A stretch of 64,000 nt of DNA from assembly GCA_947258435.1 (NCBI GenBank), contig CAMYID010000011.1, positions 10,833 through 74,832 on the forward strand, read 5' to 3'. The notes beneath the pieces are model-generated. The model had not been told where the DNA came from and did no database searches. It saw only the letters and a list, made by a program, of their open reading frames with translations. Every line of letters starts with the position of its first letter. Position 1 is the stretch's first letter. Shown piece after piece: positions 52,875 through 63,814 of this stretch. The translations under genes were made by a program, and so were the position numbers. Source of the DNA: an uncultured Alphaproteobacteria bacterium (lineage in GTDB: Bacteria; Pseudomonadota; Alphaproteobacteria; UBA11222).

Positions 52875-54491
52875 CTAAAGCGCGATTGCCGAAGGTCGTT
52901 TGCGGCGCAGATAATAAACAACCAGCAACCGTGTCAGCGTTACCGCTGTAAAGACCGAGGTCAGAATACCGATTGCAAGCGTCACAGAAAATCCACGCAC
53001 CGGCCCCGAACCGATCTGAAACAGAATGATCGCGGCGATGAAGGTTGTGATATTCGCATCAAGGATCGTGCCGTAAGCGCGCTGATAACCGGTATCCACC
53101 GCATTAAGCGGCGACTTGCCATTGCGCAGCTCTTCCCGGATCCGTTCGAAGATCAACACATTGGCATCAACCGCCATACCGACTGTCAGCACGATACCCG
53201 CGATCCCGGGCAGGGTTAGCGTTGCCTGCAACAGCGACAAAGCACCGGCAATCATCACAAGATTGACAAGCAATGCCAGATTGGCAAACAGCCCGAACAA
53301 TCCATATGACAAGGCGATATAGATCAGCACGGCAACCAGTCCGATGATCGCGGCGATCTCCCCGGCGCGGACAGAATCGGCACCCAGTTCAGCCCCCACC
53401 GTCCGTTCCTCAATTATGTTCAGCGGCGCAGGCAGCGCCCCCGCGCGCAGCAGGATGGCAAGGTCATTGGCTTCCTGAAACGTGAAATTACCGCTGATCT
53501 GACCCGAGCCACCCAGAATGGCGGTACGGATGACCGGCGCGCTGACAACCTTGCCATCCAGCACAATGGCAAAGGGGCGACCGACATTTTCTTTTGTGAC
53601 ATCGGCAAACTTCTTGCCCCCCGCCGCGTCGAAACGAAACAGCACAACCGGTTCATTTGTCTGGGAATCCGTCGAGGGTTGCGCATCGACCAGATTTTCG
53701 CCGCTGACCATGATTTTCTTGCGCACCACATAGCTCGATACCCCCGCTTCTTCCGAAGGCAGCAGTTCAGAGCCGGCAGGCACCCGCCCCTGCAAAGCTT
53801 CAGCGGTCGTAACGCTCAGATCGACGAGACGAAATGCGAGTTTTGCGGTCTGGCCCAGCAGCTCTTTCAGACGCTGCGGATCATCGAGCCCGGGCACCTG
53901 CACAAGAATACGGTCCCCGCCCTGGCGCTGAATGGTCGGTTCACGCGTGCCGAGCTCGTCGATCCGGCGCCGCACGATTTCGATCGACTGCTGGACCGCC
54001 GCACTATGCATGGAGTCGAGCGCGCGCGGGGTGAGCCTGACAAGCAGCAACCCCTCTTCGGGGTTCTCGACATCAAATTCGGGCCCCGATCCGCCGAGCA
54101 AGTTCAACGGATTGGCAGTTGCATCCGCCGCCCCGAGCTCGGCGATCAAAGCCTGCGCCTGCGCAACCTTGTCGGTCTCGCGAATGCGCACTGTCATCGC
54201 GCCGTCCTGCACCCCAAGCTTGCGATAGCCGATGCGTTCCTTTCTGAGCACGGCACGCGTTTCCTCGGTCAGCGCTTCCAGCCGCTCCCGCTCCACGGCA
54301 GCGACATCGACCTCAAGCAACAGATGCGAGCCGCCCTGAAGATCAAGGCCAAGATTGATCCGGTCGGACGGCATCCACTCCGGCAGTCCCGCAAGTGTGC
54401 GCTCGGAAAAAAGATTGGGCGCGGCAAAAACGAAACCGGCCAGGACAGTCAGAAGGATCGTGACGATTTTCCAACGGGCGAAATGCAGCAT
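52875..54491 (-). CDS. secD: Protein translocase subunit SecD
   Basis: MLHFARWKIVTILLTVLAG...; periplasmic P1 domain and TM bundle. Confidence 0.9.
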   Translation of the reverse strand: MLHFARWKIVTILLTVLAGFVFAAPNLFSERTLAGLPEWMPSDRINLGLDLQGGSHLLLEVDVAAVERERLEALTEETRAVLRKERIGYRKLGVQDGAMTVRIRETDKVAQAQALIAELGAADATANPLNLLGGSGPEFDVENPEEGLLLVRLTPRALDSMHSAAVQQSIEIVRRRIDELGTREPTIQRQGGDRILVQVPGLDDPQRLKELLGQTAKLAFRLVDLSVTTAEALQGRVPAGSELLPSEEAGVSSYVVRKKIMVSGENLVDAQPSTDSQTNEPVVLFRFDAAGGKKFADVTKENVGRPFAIVLDGKVVSAPVIRTAILGGSGQISGNFTFQEANDLAILLRAGALPAPLNIIEERTVGAELGADSVRAGEIAAIIGLVAVLIYIALSYGLFGLFANLALLVNLVMIAGALSLLQATLTLPGIAGIVLTVGMAVDANVLIFERIREELRNGKSPLNAVDTGYQRAYGTILDANITTFIAAIILFQIGSGPVRGFSVTLAIGILTSVFTAVTLTRLLVVYYLRRKRPSAIAL

Positions 54492-54577
54492 CAGCTAAAC
54501 CTATTTTGGGCACCCTTGCTCAGGGCCGGGCGTTCGACCCGCCAACCCGGGCAGATCCCGGACAGAACAGGCGGCTC

Positions 54578-54955
54578 CTATTTGTCGTTACCGGTATCGC
54601 CCTTATCGTCATTGGCAGGCTTTTTACCGTCAGCAGGCACCGGTTCGCTTTTCGAACGGACATCGCTGAGCGTGCTTGCCACCACGCGGACACGCACATT
54701 GTCGGCAATCTCCACCATCACCTCAGCACCATCTTCAAGCACCTTGGTCACCTTGCCGATGACACCTCCGGCCGTCACGACAGTATCGCCACGCCGCACA
54801 TTGGACACCATTTCGCGATGTTGTTTGACACGCTTCTGCTGTGGGCGAATGAGAAAAAAGTACAAAATCACAAAAACCAGGACGAGCGGTATGACCGCAT
54901 CGAAGAAAGAAGGCGCAGCACCCGCTGCCTGGGCATATGCCGGTGAAATAAACAT
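54578..54955 (-). CDS. yajC: Preprotein translocase subunit YajC
   Basis: Single TM helix followed by RPQQKR...GDTVVTAGGVIGKV, typical of YajC. Confidence 0.85.
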   Translation of the reverse strand: MFISPAYAQAAGAAPSFFDAVIPLVLVFVILYFFLIRPQQKRVKQHREMVSNVRRGDTVVTAGGVIGKVTKVLEDGAEVMVEIADNVRVRVVASTLSDVRSKSEPVPADGKKPANDDKGDTGNDK

Positions 54956-55114
54956 GAACGACTCCAGAAGGTTGCAACCTGTTGGCGCGAAGACCGCAGG
55001 ACTATAGCGGCGATAGCGGGGATTGGAAACAGCAGGTTGACGATGATTTCGGGCATGCTAGTTTTGCCGCCGCCCCGCACCGGCCAACCGCCGCACATGA
55101 TCCGGAGAGCTCCG

Positions 55115-55984
55115 ATGCCACAGGAAGAAAAGCAATTTGCGCCGCTGCTCACACGGATCGCGGAAGCACTGGAACGCCTTGGCCCCAGGCCCGATGTTCC
55201 CCTGAAACTCGATGATATGGGTGCATTTGTCTGGCATGCGGGGCAAAAGCGATTACAGCCGGTTCCGCGGGTGAACCATGTCCCGCTTGAGCTGCTATGC
55301 GGTATTGATCACGTCCGTGATCAACTGCTTGCCAATACCCGAAGATTCGCCGCCGGACTGCCTGCAAATAACGTTCTGTTGTGGGGCGCGCGCGGTATGG
55401 GGAAAAGCTCGCTTGTGAAAGCAGCCCATGCCGCAGTCAATCACGCGACCCCGAACGCACTGACCCTCATTGAAATCCACCGCGAGGATATCGATTCCCT
55501 GCCCGATCTGATGACGCGCCTGCGCGATGTCGGTCGCCAATGTCTGATCTTTTGCGACGATCTGTCATTCGATAATGACGATACAAGCTACAAGTCGCTG
55601 AAAGCCGTTCTTGAAGGCGGTATTGAAGGCCGTCCGGACAATATCCTGTTCTATGCGACATCCAATCGCCGTCATCTGATGCCGCGCGACATGATGGAAA
55701 ATGAACGCTCAACCGCGATCAACCCGTCAGAAGCGGTGGAAGAGAAGGTTTCCCTCTCAGACAGGTTCGGGCTATGGCTTGGCTTCCACGCCTGCAGTCA
55801 GCAGGATTACCTCGATATGGTCGCGGGATATATCAGTCATTTCAGCCTGCCGATCGAGGAGGCGCAGTGGCGTGCCGAAGCGATCGAATGGAGTGCCACA
55901 CGCGGTGCCCGCTCAGGCCGGGTGGCCTGGCAGTTCATACAGGATCTGGCCGGTCGGCTTGGGCATACCCTGCCGGTTCGCTGA
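55115..55984 (+). CDS. DUF815-type ATP-binding protein (AAA-like)
   Basis: GGAGAG RBS upstream of MPQEEK. Walker A LLWGARGMGKSSLVKA and Walker B LIFCDDLSF. Confidence 0.65.
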   Translation: MPQEEKQFAPLLTRIAEALERLGPRPDVPLKLDDMGAFVWHAGQKRLQPVPRVNHVPLELLCGIDHVRDQLLANTRRFAAGLPANNVLLWGARGMGKSSLVKAAHAAVNHATPNALTLIEIHREDIDSLPDLMTRLRDVGRQCLIFCDDLSFDNDDTSYKSLKAVLEGGIEGRPDNILFYATSNRRHLMPRDMMENERSTAINPSEAVEEKVSLSDRFGLWLGFHACSQQDYLDMVAGYISHFSLPIEEAQWRAEAIEWSATRGARSGRVAWQFIQDLAGRLGHTLPVR

Positions 55985-56021
55985 ATATTGATCACTGCCC
56001 CCTCGCCTGCACGGCAAACCG

Positions 56022-57020
56022 TCAGCCTGACGGCAGATATTTGATCGGATTGACAGGCGTCGCCCCCTTGCGGATTTCGAAATGCAGTTGCGGCCGCCTG
56101 ACGCCGCCCGTATCGCCGGCATGGGCGATCAGCTGCCCCTTTGCAATCTTGTCGCCGCGCGAGACAAGCAGTTTCCGGTTATGGGCATAGGCGGTAATCC
56201 AACCGCCCGCATGCTGCACCAGCAGAAGATTGCCATAGCCGCGCAACTCGTTGCCGGCATAGGACACAACACCGTTCTCAGCGGCAAATACGGGCGTCCC
56301 GGCCGAGGCGGCGATATTGATCCCGTCATTATGGTAGCCACCCTGTTTGGGGCCGAACCCTGAAATGATTTTACCCTGTACAGGCCAGGAAAAGCTCTTC
56401 CCGCTACGCGGGGGTGGCGCGGGCACCGGTTGTTTTCTGGCGGCGCGTCGCGGTTTTTTTACCTGGAGCGGGCTGGTTGCCGCTGTCGCCTTCGGCGCGG
56501 TCGCTTGTGCATTTGCCGGGGTATTTGTGGTGAGGCCTGGTCCCGTTTCTGCCATCCTGGTGCGCCCCTGACCACCGGACCCGGGAATTACAAGCTGCTG
56601 TCCGACTGCGATTGTAAATGGCGGCCCGAGCCGGTTGACCCGCGCAAGGTCCGACATATTCACGCCATAGCGGCGCGAAATACTGAAAACGGTGTCGCCC
56701 TTTGCCACCCTGTGAAGCCGCGCACGCGGCAGGACGAGTGTCTGCCCTGGCACGATCAGATAGGGCGGCTGCAGATTATTTGCCGCAATCAGCGCGCGCA
56801 GGCTGACCCCCTGGCGGCGGGAAATTGCATAAAGCGTGTCGTTCTGACGCACGGTGACGCTTTGCCCCGCCTCACCCCGGCGCGCGTCCCCGTTGCTTGC
56901 ACCATGATAGGTGACCGGCGCCGGGGTAACCGGCGCACAACCCGTTAATACACCAAGCGCAATCGCCACAATCGCCCCGACGGCACACCAGGCACAGAAA
57001 CTGTCTGCCTTGCGTCTCAC
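56022..57020 (-). CDS. nlpD: LysM-domain / M23-family peptidase lipoprotein (NlpD-like)
   Basis: Lipobox LTGC. Two LysM repeats (VTVRQNDTLYAISRRQGVSL; HRVAKGDTVFSISRRYGVNM). M23 domain with HxxxD ... HLHFE. Confidence 0.8.
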   Translation of the reverse strand: MRRKADSFCAWCAVGAIVAIALGVLTGCAPVTPAPVTYHGASNGDARRGEAGQSVTVRQNDTLYAISRRQGVSLRALIAANNLQPPYLIVPGQTLVLPRARLHRVAKGDTVFSISRRYGVNMSDLARVNRLGPPFTIAVGQQLVIPGSGGQGRTRMAETGPGLTTNTPANAQATAPKATAATSPLQVKKPRRAARKQPVPAPPPRSGKSFSWPVQGKIISGFGPKQGGYHNDGINIAASAGTPVFAAENGVVSYAGNELRGYGNLLLVQHAGGWITAYAHNRKLLVSRGDKIAKGQLIAHAGDTGGVRRPQLHFEIRKGATPVNPIKYLPSG

Positions 57021-57688
57021 CGGCCACCCCCTGCGCCATTCTTACCCGCGCCGCGTTCCACACCGGGCAACATGGGTACGAACCGGACAGGCAGGAGCGC
57101 CTCTGTTTCGGTTCCTGTTTCAGTTCGGGTAATACGCTGTATCTGTTGCCCTTCCCGTTGCGCGCCGACCGGAATCAGCATGAACCCGCCAACCGCCAAT
57201 TGTGCAATCAGCGTTTCAGGCGGTTCGGGTGCCGCCGCCGTCACAACGATACGGTCAAAGGGGGCCGATTCCGGCCACCCTTTGTACCCATCCCCCACGC
57301 GGGTAGTGATGTTATGGAGGCCGCATGCGCGAAACCGGGCTTCGGCTTCACGCATCAGGGGGCGGTGACGTTCGATCGTATAAACCCGGCGACACAGCCG
57401 CGACAGCACCGCGGCCTGATAGCCCGATCCCGTGCCGATCTCCAGTACGACCATCGATTTGTTGAGCTGGAGATGCTGCGTCATGAAGGCGACGATATAG
57501 GGTTGGCTGATGGTTTGTTCGCACCCGATCGGCAGGGGCTGATTATCATAGGCCTGCACGCGTTGAGCGGGCGCCACGAATTCCTCACGCGGCGTATTTT
57601 CAATCGCTTTCAGCGCCGCAGCATCGGTGATGCCCTGACTGCGCAGCTCCATAATCAGTTTGATTTTGGCTGTATCAAGCGGGTCCAA
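57017..57688 (-). CDS. pcm: Protein-L-isoaspartate O-methyltransferase
   Basis: QTISQPYIVAFM ... VLEIGTGSGYQAAVLS SAM motif. Confidence 0.9.
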   Translation of the reverse strand: MDPLDTAKIKLIMELRSQGITDAAALKAIENTPREEFVAPAQRVQAYDNQPLPIGCEQTISQPYIVAFMTQHLQLNKSMVVLEIGTGSGYQAAVLSRLCRRVYTIERHRPLMREAEARFRACGLHNITTRVGDGYKGWPESAPFDRIVVTAAAPEPPETLIAQLAVGGFMLIPVGAQREGQQIQRITRTETGTETEALLPVRFVPMLPGVERGAGKNGAGGGR

Positions 57689-57736
57689 GGAGATCTGACC
57701 TCCCGTAAGTCACCGGGTAATTCTCGCACAGCCTGC

Positions 57737-58522
57737 TCACTTGCCGAAGTTTTTTCTCAATGCCCGCAAGGCGGATTCATGGCTCAGATTCATATGCAGC
57801 GGCGTCACGGAAATATTGCCCGCATAGATCGCGTGCAGATCCGTCTCCTGCACGGGATTGCTGCGCACCCGCTTGAAGCCGGTCCAGTAGTAAGGGATCC
57901 CGCGCCGGTCGATGCGCGCATCGATTTCAAGCAAAGACTGATCACGCCGCCCCTGCCGCGTCAGCTCCACCTGCCCGACATCATCGGCCCGCACATCCGG
58001 GAAATTGATGTTGATCAGCACATCGCTCGCCCAGCCGGCATCACACAGCTTGCGGATCAGCCCGGGCGCATGCTTTTCGGCGGTTGCCCATTTGACCGAA
58101 CCGCCGCTTTCAAAGCCGTAGGTCTGGCTGAGCGCAATCGACGGGATACCCAGCACCGTTCCTTCCATCGCCGCAGCAATCGTTCCCGAATAGGTCACAT
58201 CGTCGGCCAGATTGGAACCGCGATTGACCCCGGACAGCAACAGATCGGGGGGATTGTCCTTCATCACCTCGACAACCGCCAAAACGACACAATCGGTCGG
58301 CGTTCCCTGAACGGCATATTTCCGTTTTGAAATCTGCCGCAAGCGCAGCGGATGATGCAGCGTCAGCGAATGCGATGCGCCGCTTTGTTCGGTTTCGGGC
58401 GCGACGATCCAGATATCATCGGTCAACTGCTTTGCAATACGGTGCAGACATTTCAGACCGGGCGCGTTTATGCCGTCATCATTTGACAGCAGGATGCGCG
58501 GTTTCCACTCATTCTCAGCCAT
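57737..58522 (-). CDS. surE: 5'/3'-nucleotidase SurE
   Basis: [16 protein letters not shown]-terminus. Confidence 0.9.
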   Translation of the reverse strand: MAENEWKPRILLSNDDGINAPGLKCLHRIAKQLTDDIWIVAPETEQSGASHSLTLHHPLRLRQISKRKYAVQGTPTDCVVLAVVEVMKDNPPDLLLSGVNRGSNLADDVTYSGTIAAAMEGTVLGIPSIALSQTYGFESGGSVKWATAEKHAPGLIRKLCDAGWASDVLININFPDVRADDVGQVELTRQGRRDQSLLEIDARIDRRGIPYYWTGFKRVRSNPVQETDLHAIYAGNISVTPLHMNLSHESALRALRKNFGK

Positions 58523-59798
58523 CTGCGCCGATCACCTCCATACCGCCCAGATAGGGGCGCAAGACATCGGGCACAGCAACAGCTCCGCCTTCCTGCTGAT
58601 AATTTTCAAGGATCGCGACCATCGTCCGCCCGACCGCGAGCCCTGAACCGTTCAGCGTATGCACAAATTGCGGGTTTTTCGAATTTGCGGACCGAAAACG
58701 TGCCTGCATACGCCGGGCCTGAAAATCACCGCAATAAGAACAGCTTGAAATCTCGCGATAGGCGCTCTGCCCCGGCAACCAGACTTCCAGATCATAGGTC
58801 TTGCGCGCGGCGAACCCCATATCGCCACTGCTGAGCAACATGACCCGGTAGGGAAGCTCAAGCCGTTTGAGCACCTCTTCAGCGCAGCTTGTCAGCCGCT
58901 CAAGCTCATCGAGGCCTTTTTCGGGGGTCACGATGCTGACCAGCTCGACCTTGGGAAACTGATGCAGCCGGATCATGCCCCGCGTGTCGCGCCCGGCCGC
59001 CCCCGCTTCTGCCCGGAAGCAGGGGGTGAACGCCGTGAAGCGCAGGGGCAGTTCGGCTTCTGCCAGAATTTCTTCGCGCACAAGATTGGTGAGCGGCACT
59101 TCGGCGGTCGGGATCAGCCAATGTTCGTCGCCCGCGCGAAACTGATCCTCGGCGAATTTGGGTAGCTGGGCGGTCCCGAACATCGCCGCATCGCGAACAA
59201 GCAATGGCGGAGACACCTCGATATAGCCGAATTCGCTGGTATGCAGATCAAGCATGAAGGACGCCAGCGCCCGTTCCAACCGGGCCAGCGCACCGCGCAG
59301 TGTCAGAAAGCGCGATCCCGACATACGCGCCGCACGCTCAAAATCAAGCAGGCCCAAAGCCTCGCCCAAATCGAAATGTTCCTGCGGCGCAAAGGCGAAT
59401 TCAGACGGCACGCCCACGGTCCGAATTTCCCGATTGGCAGTTTCGTCGGGACCGACCGGCACATCGTCGAGCGGCAGATTGGGGATCGCCGCCAGTTCCG
59501 CATCGAGCGCCGCCTGCAATTGCCGCTCCTCATCCTCGCCGTCCTGAATACGCTGCTTCAGATCGGCGACTTCATCGATCAATTGCCGCGCGCGGGCCTC
59601 ATCCCCCTGCCCTTTCGCAGCGCCAATCTGTTTTGATGCCTCATTGCGCGCCTTCTGCAACTCCTGCAGCGACGTCACGCAGGCGCGGCGTGCCGCATCC
59701 ATCTCATTCAGTTTTTGTGCATGCGGCGGCAATCCACGGGTCTTGAGGGCCGCATCGAACGCTTCAGGCGCTTCTCGAACAAGTTTCAGATCATGCAT
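58515..59798 (-). CDS. serS: Serine--tRNA ligase
   Basis: N-terminal coiled coil. Class II motifs ([21 protein letters not shown]; [18 protein letters not shown]). Confidence 0.95.
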   Translation of the reverse strand: MHDLKLVREAPEAFDAALKTRGLPPHAQKLNEMDAARRACVTSLQELQKARNEASKQIGAAKGQGDEARARQLIDEVADLKQRIQDGEDEERQLQAALDAELAAIPNLPLDDVPVGPDETANREIRTVGVPSEFAFAPQEHFDLGEALGLLDFERAARMSGSRFLTLRGALARLERALASFMLDLHTSEFGYIEVSPPLLVRDAAMFGTAQLPKFAEDQFRAGDEHWLIPTAEVPLTNLVREEILAEAELPLRFTAFTPCFRAEAGAAGRDTRGMIRLHQFPKVELVSIVTPEKGLDELERLTSCAEEVLKRLELPYRVMLLSSGDMGFAARKTYDLEVWLPGQSAYREISSCSYCGDFQARRMQARFRSANSKNPQFVHTLNGSGLAVGRTMVAILENYQQEGGAVAVPDVLRPYLGGMEVIGADG

Positions 59799-59941
59799 TT
59801 GCGATTATTCCCGGACATCAGGACCGACGACCAGAAACACCGCCGGCAGAACCGATTCACTTTGAAATACAGCCCCGAAAGCTATACGCGCCCGCTCGGG
59901 CAACGTCCAGCCATGGGCATCTCCGGCAAGCCGCAGGGCTG

Positions 59942-60712
59942 TCACGGCTCAACGGACGGGCGGCGTTTCTCAATCAGACGCACCGCCCAGATCGATGCCT
60001 CGTAAAGAACAAGAATAGGGAGAGCAAGGCCGATCTGGCTGACAGGGTCAGGCGGCGTCAGGATGGCCGCCGCAGCGAATACGGCGACGACCGCATATTT
60101 CCGCTTGCGCCGCAGCCCCTCGCTTGTCGCAAGCCCGGCCCGCCCCAGCAGGGTCAGCAAAACCGGCAACTGAAAACACAGCCCGAAAGCAAAAATCAGC
60201 GTCATCACAAGACCGAGATACTCGTTCACCTTTGCTTCGAGCTGGATAGGCAATCCACCGCCCGCCCCGCTGCGCTCAAACCCCAGGAAAAACTCGGTCG
60301 CAAGCGGCATGATGAGATAATAAACAAGCGCGCCCCCGGCGATGAACAACAGCGGCGTCGCAATCAGAAAAGGCAGAAATGCCGACCGCTCATTGCGGTA
60401 GAGCCCGGGCGCGACAAAGGCGTAAATCTGCGCCGCGACAATCGGGAACGCCAGACACAACGCCCCGAACATCGCAACCTTGATGTAGGAAAAGAAAACT
60501 TCCTGCAATGCGGTAGCGATAAGGCGGCGATCCTCGCCCGCGACGGCATTGGCATAGGGTTCAACAAGAAACGCATAGATTTGTTCGGCGAAATAAAAGC
60601 AAATCGCAAATGCAACCGCAAACGCGATCAGGGATTTGATCAGCCGGCCGCGCAGCTCTATCAGATGATCAAGCAAGGGGGCACTGCTTGCATCAATATC
60701 TTCCTGGCTCAC
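59942..60712 (-). CDS. tatC: Twin-arginine translocase subunit TatC
   Basis: LIELRGRLIKSLIAFAVAF...; six TM helices. Confidence 0.9.
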   Translation of the reverse strand: MSQEDIDASSAPLLDHLIELRGRLIKSLIAFAVAFAICFYFAEQIYAFLVEPYANAVAGEDRRLIATALQEVFFSYIKVAMFGALCLAFPIVAAQIYAFVAPGLYRNERSAFLPFLIATPLLFIAGGALVYYLIMPLATEFFLGFERSGAGGGLPIQLEAKVNEYLGLVMTLIFAFGLCFQLPVLLTLLGRAGLATSEGLRRKRKYAVVAVFAAAAILTPPDPVSQIGLALPILVLYEASIWAVRLIEKRRPSVEP

Positions 60713-61068
60713 TGGCTGCCTGTTCCTGACCGTGATGCACGCTCTTGCTCGCTGATCTGATCGGGCAGGGGCATCGTGGTTTCATCCGGCAAGGAAGACA
60801 TCGCGACACCCCCATGGATCGCCGCCGCTTCCGGGTCGGCGCCGGTTGGATCCGACGTGCCGATCTCATCGATCGAACGGCGCAGATTCTCAAGCTCGGT
60901 CTCATGCGCCAGATCATCCATGCTGCGCTGGAAGTCGGTGGCCATCGCCCGGGCGCGCCCGACCCATCGCCCGACAGTCCGCATCAGCAGCGGCAACTCC
61001 CTGGGGCCCACCACGATAATGGCGATTGCACCGATGATGAGTAATTCCTGCCAACCAATGTCAGGCAT
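60709..61068 (-). CDS. tatB: Twin-arginine translocase subunit TatB
   Basis: MPDIGWQELLIIGAIAIIVVGPRELP... TatA/B-family N-terminus with long acidic tail. Confidence 0.85.
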   Translation of the reverse strand: MPDIGWQELLIIGAIAIIVVGPRELPLLMRTVGRWVGRARAMATDFQRSMDDLAHETELENLRRSIDEIGTSDPTGADPEAAAIHGGVAMSSLPDETTMPLPDQISEQERASRSGTGSQ

Positions 61069-61151
61069 GTGCTCGGTCCTGAAACGCGGCGACTATCGGT
61101 CGGAGGCGGGCAGGCGACAGCATGCCGCCCCGGACAAATTTGACTGATCGG

Positions 61152-61367
61152 TCAATTTTTCGCCGCCCGGTCGCTTGTGTCATTACTGGATTGCTGTTTG
61201 CCATTATCGATCTGGGGCGGCGTTTCAGTATCCTGTTCCGACATACCCTGACGGAAGCTTTTTATGCCTTTCGCGACATCGCCCATGAGTTCGGAAATCT
61301 TGCCACGCCCGAACAGCAGCACAACAAGCACCACAACAATCATGATCTGCCAGATACTAAGGCCCAT
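61152..61367 (-). CDS. tatA: Twin-arginine translocase subunit TatA
   Basis: [39 protein letters not shown]. Confidence 0.9.
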   Translation of the reverse strand: MGLSIWQIMIVVVLVVLLFGRGKISELMGDVAKGIKSFRQGMSEQDTETPPQIDNGKQQSSNDTSDRAAKN

Positions 61368-61590
61368 TAGGCTTGCTCCTCATTGACGGCCGGTTGGCGG
61401 CGACAGTCTGTTAGCTGCACGGTGGCCGTATCAACGGCACCCGGGGCAAATTCCCGGAACAGGGGTCCCGTTGCAGGGCACCGGTTCCAGATTACCCAAA
61501 TCAGATCGCACTCATAACAAACCGGAAACAGGATTTCATCTGTTCGGATCACATCTGATCTGGTCTTATTCTGTCAGAATGCAATCCCCC

Positions 61591-61634
61591 GCGCAACGCG
61601 GTGGCAACACGCTGGCAACGCGATGGCAACGCGG
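61591..61634. repeat. Four tandem 11-bp repeats TGGCAACGCGN in the tatA upstream region
   Basis: gcgcaacgcgg tggcaacacgc tggcaacgcga tggcaacgcgg, read directly from sequence. Confidence 0.6.
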
Positions 61635-61649
61635 CGGCTTTGTCATATT

Positions 61650-62777
61650 TCAGGGCGCCGATTCATGCCGGCAGGGAAACATCATCATCTGCGACAAGAT
61701 GACCTTGACCCCGACCTCCGCCCCCGTTGCGGGGCAATCCTCATAGGGCAGGCGGACACGCACACTGGAATTATCTTCACATAACCGCAGTTGCAGCAGC
61801 CGTTCACCGCCAAGCGGGCTGCAGCGTTCCACGACCGCGCGCGGCAGATCGTCCCGCGCCGCCGCACCCAACCGGACCTGCTCGGGCCGGAACAGCACCT
61901 CCACGCCCGCCCCCTCGGCAAAGCCGCTTGCCGGTAAATCCCCCCACGGGGTCGCGACCACGCCGCCTGTCACATGGGCATGAATCCGGTTGAGCTGGCA
62001 GAAAAATTCCGCCACGTCGGCGTCAACCGGATGAAAATAAAGCTCATCAGACGTCCCGATCTGCACAAGTTTTCCCGCGCGCATCAGCGCGATCCGGTCG
62101 GCAATGCTCAATGCCTCTTCCGGATCGTGGGTCACCATCAGCACCGCTGCGCCCGCCTGCCGCAATATTCCGACGGTTTCCTCACGCACCTCGTCGCGCA
62201 AACGCCGGTCAAGGCCGGAAAACGGTTCATCCATCAGGATAATCGAAGGCTGCGGCGCCAATGCCCGCGCCAGCGCCACCCGCTGCTGCTGCCCGCCGGA
62301 CAGGGTATGGGGAAAGGCGTCCGCATAAGGCTCCATCCCGACGATACGCAGCGCCTGCATGACAATCCTGTCGCGTTCGGCGCGCGAAACGCCGGAGACG
62401 CCAAACCCCACATTCCGGGCGACGCTCAAATGTGGAAACAGCGCATAGTCCTGAAACATCAGCCCCACGCCGCGCTTTTCAGGAGGAACGAAGCAGCCCT
62501 CCCCGACTACTTCGGTGCCGTCGATAAACACCTGCCCGGCATAAGGTTTCTCAAGTCCCGCAGCGATCCGCAAAGTCGTCGACTTGCCGCAGCCGGAAGG
62601 GCCAAGCAGACAGACAAGTTCTCCCGCCGCAACCTCAAGAGAAACATCATCGACCGCGACGATATCGCCATAGCGATGCGACACATGCGACAATGCAAGT
62701 CGCGGCACGGGCTTTCCAGCCACCGATTCCTGCTCCGTTCTATTTGCGCCCGCACCGAATGCGACAGAATTCGACAT
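61650..62777 (-). CDS. ABC-transporter ATP-binding protein of PotA/FbpC/ModC importer type, with C-terminal TOBE-like regulatory domain
   Basis: Walker A LLGPSGCGKST, signature LSGGQQQRVALAR, Walker B ILMDEPFSGLD, H-loop. No permease or substrate-binding gene adjacent. Confidence 0.8.
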   Translation of the reverse strand: MSNSVAFGAGANRTEQESVAGKPVPRLALSHVSHRYGDIVAVDDVSLEVAAGELVCLLGPSGCGKSTTLRIAAGLEKPYAGQVFIDGTEVVGEGCFVPPEKRGVGLMFQDYALFPHLSVARNVGFGVSGVSRAERDRIVMQALRIVGMEPYADAFPHTLSGGQQQRVALARALAPQPSIILMDEPFSGLDRRLRDEVREETVGILRQAGAAVLMVTHDPEEALSIADRIALMRAGKLVQIGTSDELYFHPVDADVAEFFCQLNRIHAHVTGGVVATPWGDLPASGFAEGAGVEVLFRPEQVRLGAAARDDLPRAVVERCSPLGGERLLQLRLCEDNSSVRVRLPYEDCPATGAEVGVKVILSQMMMFPCRHESAP

Positions 62778-62977
62778 TCCGGCAACCATCATGACTTAAC
62801 TTATACATTGCAGCACGGCCCGAACAGGCTCAATCCGGCAACTGCGAGTAATTCTTAACATTCAACCCGCATGTAGCCATAGCATGCGGCAGATTGAAAG
62901 CATTTAGATCGCGCGTCCGGATTATGGCCAGACCGGGACCGGCTCCCGTAATCGGCTTTCGCAGTCAGCTTTCATCA

Positions 62978-63814
62978 CTAACTTTCGGGGGGTTCCTGCC
63001 CGTTCTCCTTCTCGGATGCAAGCCCGGCCACGCCTGGCCCGGCCACGACATTGTCGCGCTGTCCGGTCAGCGCTTCATCATCGGGGGCCAGCGGCTCTTC
63101 ATCGTCGCGCGGGCTGTCAGGGTCGGGCAAGTCCAGCCGGAAATCGGGCGGCAACTGGGCATTGAGCAGCCCCGCGGCCTTCAGCTCATCAAGGCCGGGT
63201 AAATCCCTGATATTTTCAAGACCGAAATGATCCTCAAACTGCTTGGTCGTGCCGAAGGTCAGAGGCCGGCCCGGTGTCCTGCGTCGACCGCGCGGCCGTA
63301 TCCACTCAGTCTCAAGCAGCACATCCAGGGTCCCGCGACTGACCGAGACGCCGCGAATTTCCTCGATCTCGCTGCGGGTCACCGGCTGGTGATAGGCAAT
63401 GATGGCAAGCGTTTCGACCGCTGCGGCTGATAATTTCCGCTCCCGCGTTACCTCTTCGCGCAGCAGAAATGCCAGATCCGACGCGGTACGGAACGCCCAT
63501 CCCCCGGCAATCCGGATCAGATTTACCCCCCGCCCCGCATAGTTTTCCACCAGCTCTTCAAGCAACGCGGGCACATCCACACCGGCGGGCAGCTTGGCGG
63601 CAAGGCTTGCCTCATCAAGCGGTTCGGCAGCGGCGAACAACAAGGCTTCCAGCATCCGCCGATGCTGCGCCGCATCCGGATACAGCATTGCGATATTTGA
63701 AACATCGGGAGTGCCGTCGGGAGTGCTGTCGGATGACGGCTGAGAAGGCTGAGGCGCATCCGTGTTCGCCTTGCTTGCCTGTTCCTCCTCGCCCGGGGGT
63801 GTTTCATCACTCAT
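62978..63814 (-). CDS. scpB: Segregation and condensation protein B
   Basis: Conserved ALLFAAAEPL ... AGGWAFRT ... RSEIEEIRGVSVSRGTLDVLLETEWIRP winged-helix blocks. Acidic tail. Confidence 0.85.
   Translation of the reverse strand: MSDETPPGEEEQASKANTDAPQPSQPSSDSTPDGTPDVSNIAMLYPDAAQHRRMLEALLFAAAEPLDEASLAAKLPAGVDVPALLEELVENYAGRGVNLIRIAGGWAFRTASDLAFLLREEVTRERKLSAAAVETLAIIAYHQPVTRSEIEEIRGVSVSRGTLDVLLETEWIRPRGRRRTPGRPLTFGTTKQFEDHFGLENIRDLPGLDELKAAGLLNAQLPPDFRLDLPDPDSPRDDEEPLAPDDEALTGQRDNVVAGPGVAGLASEKENGQEPPES

Noticed and set aside
57146-58330. 394-aa plus-strand ORF
   Set aside because: It is antisense to pcm and surE, which are both unambiguous.
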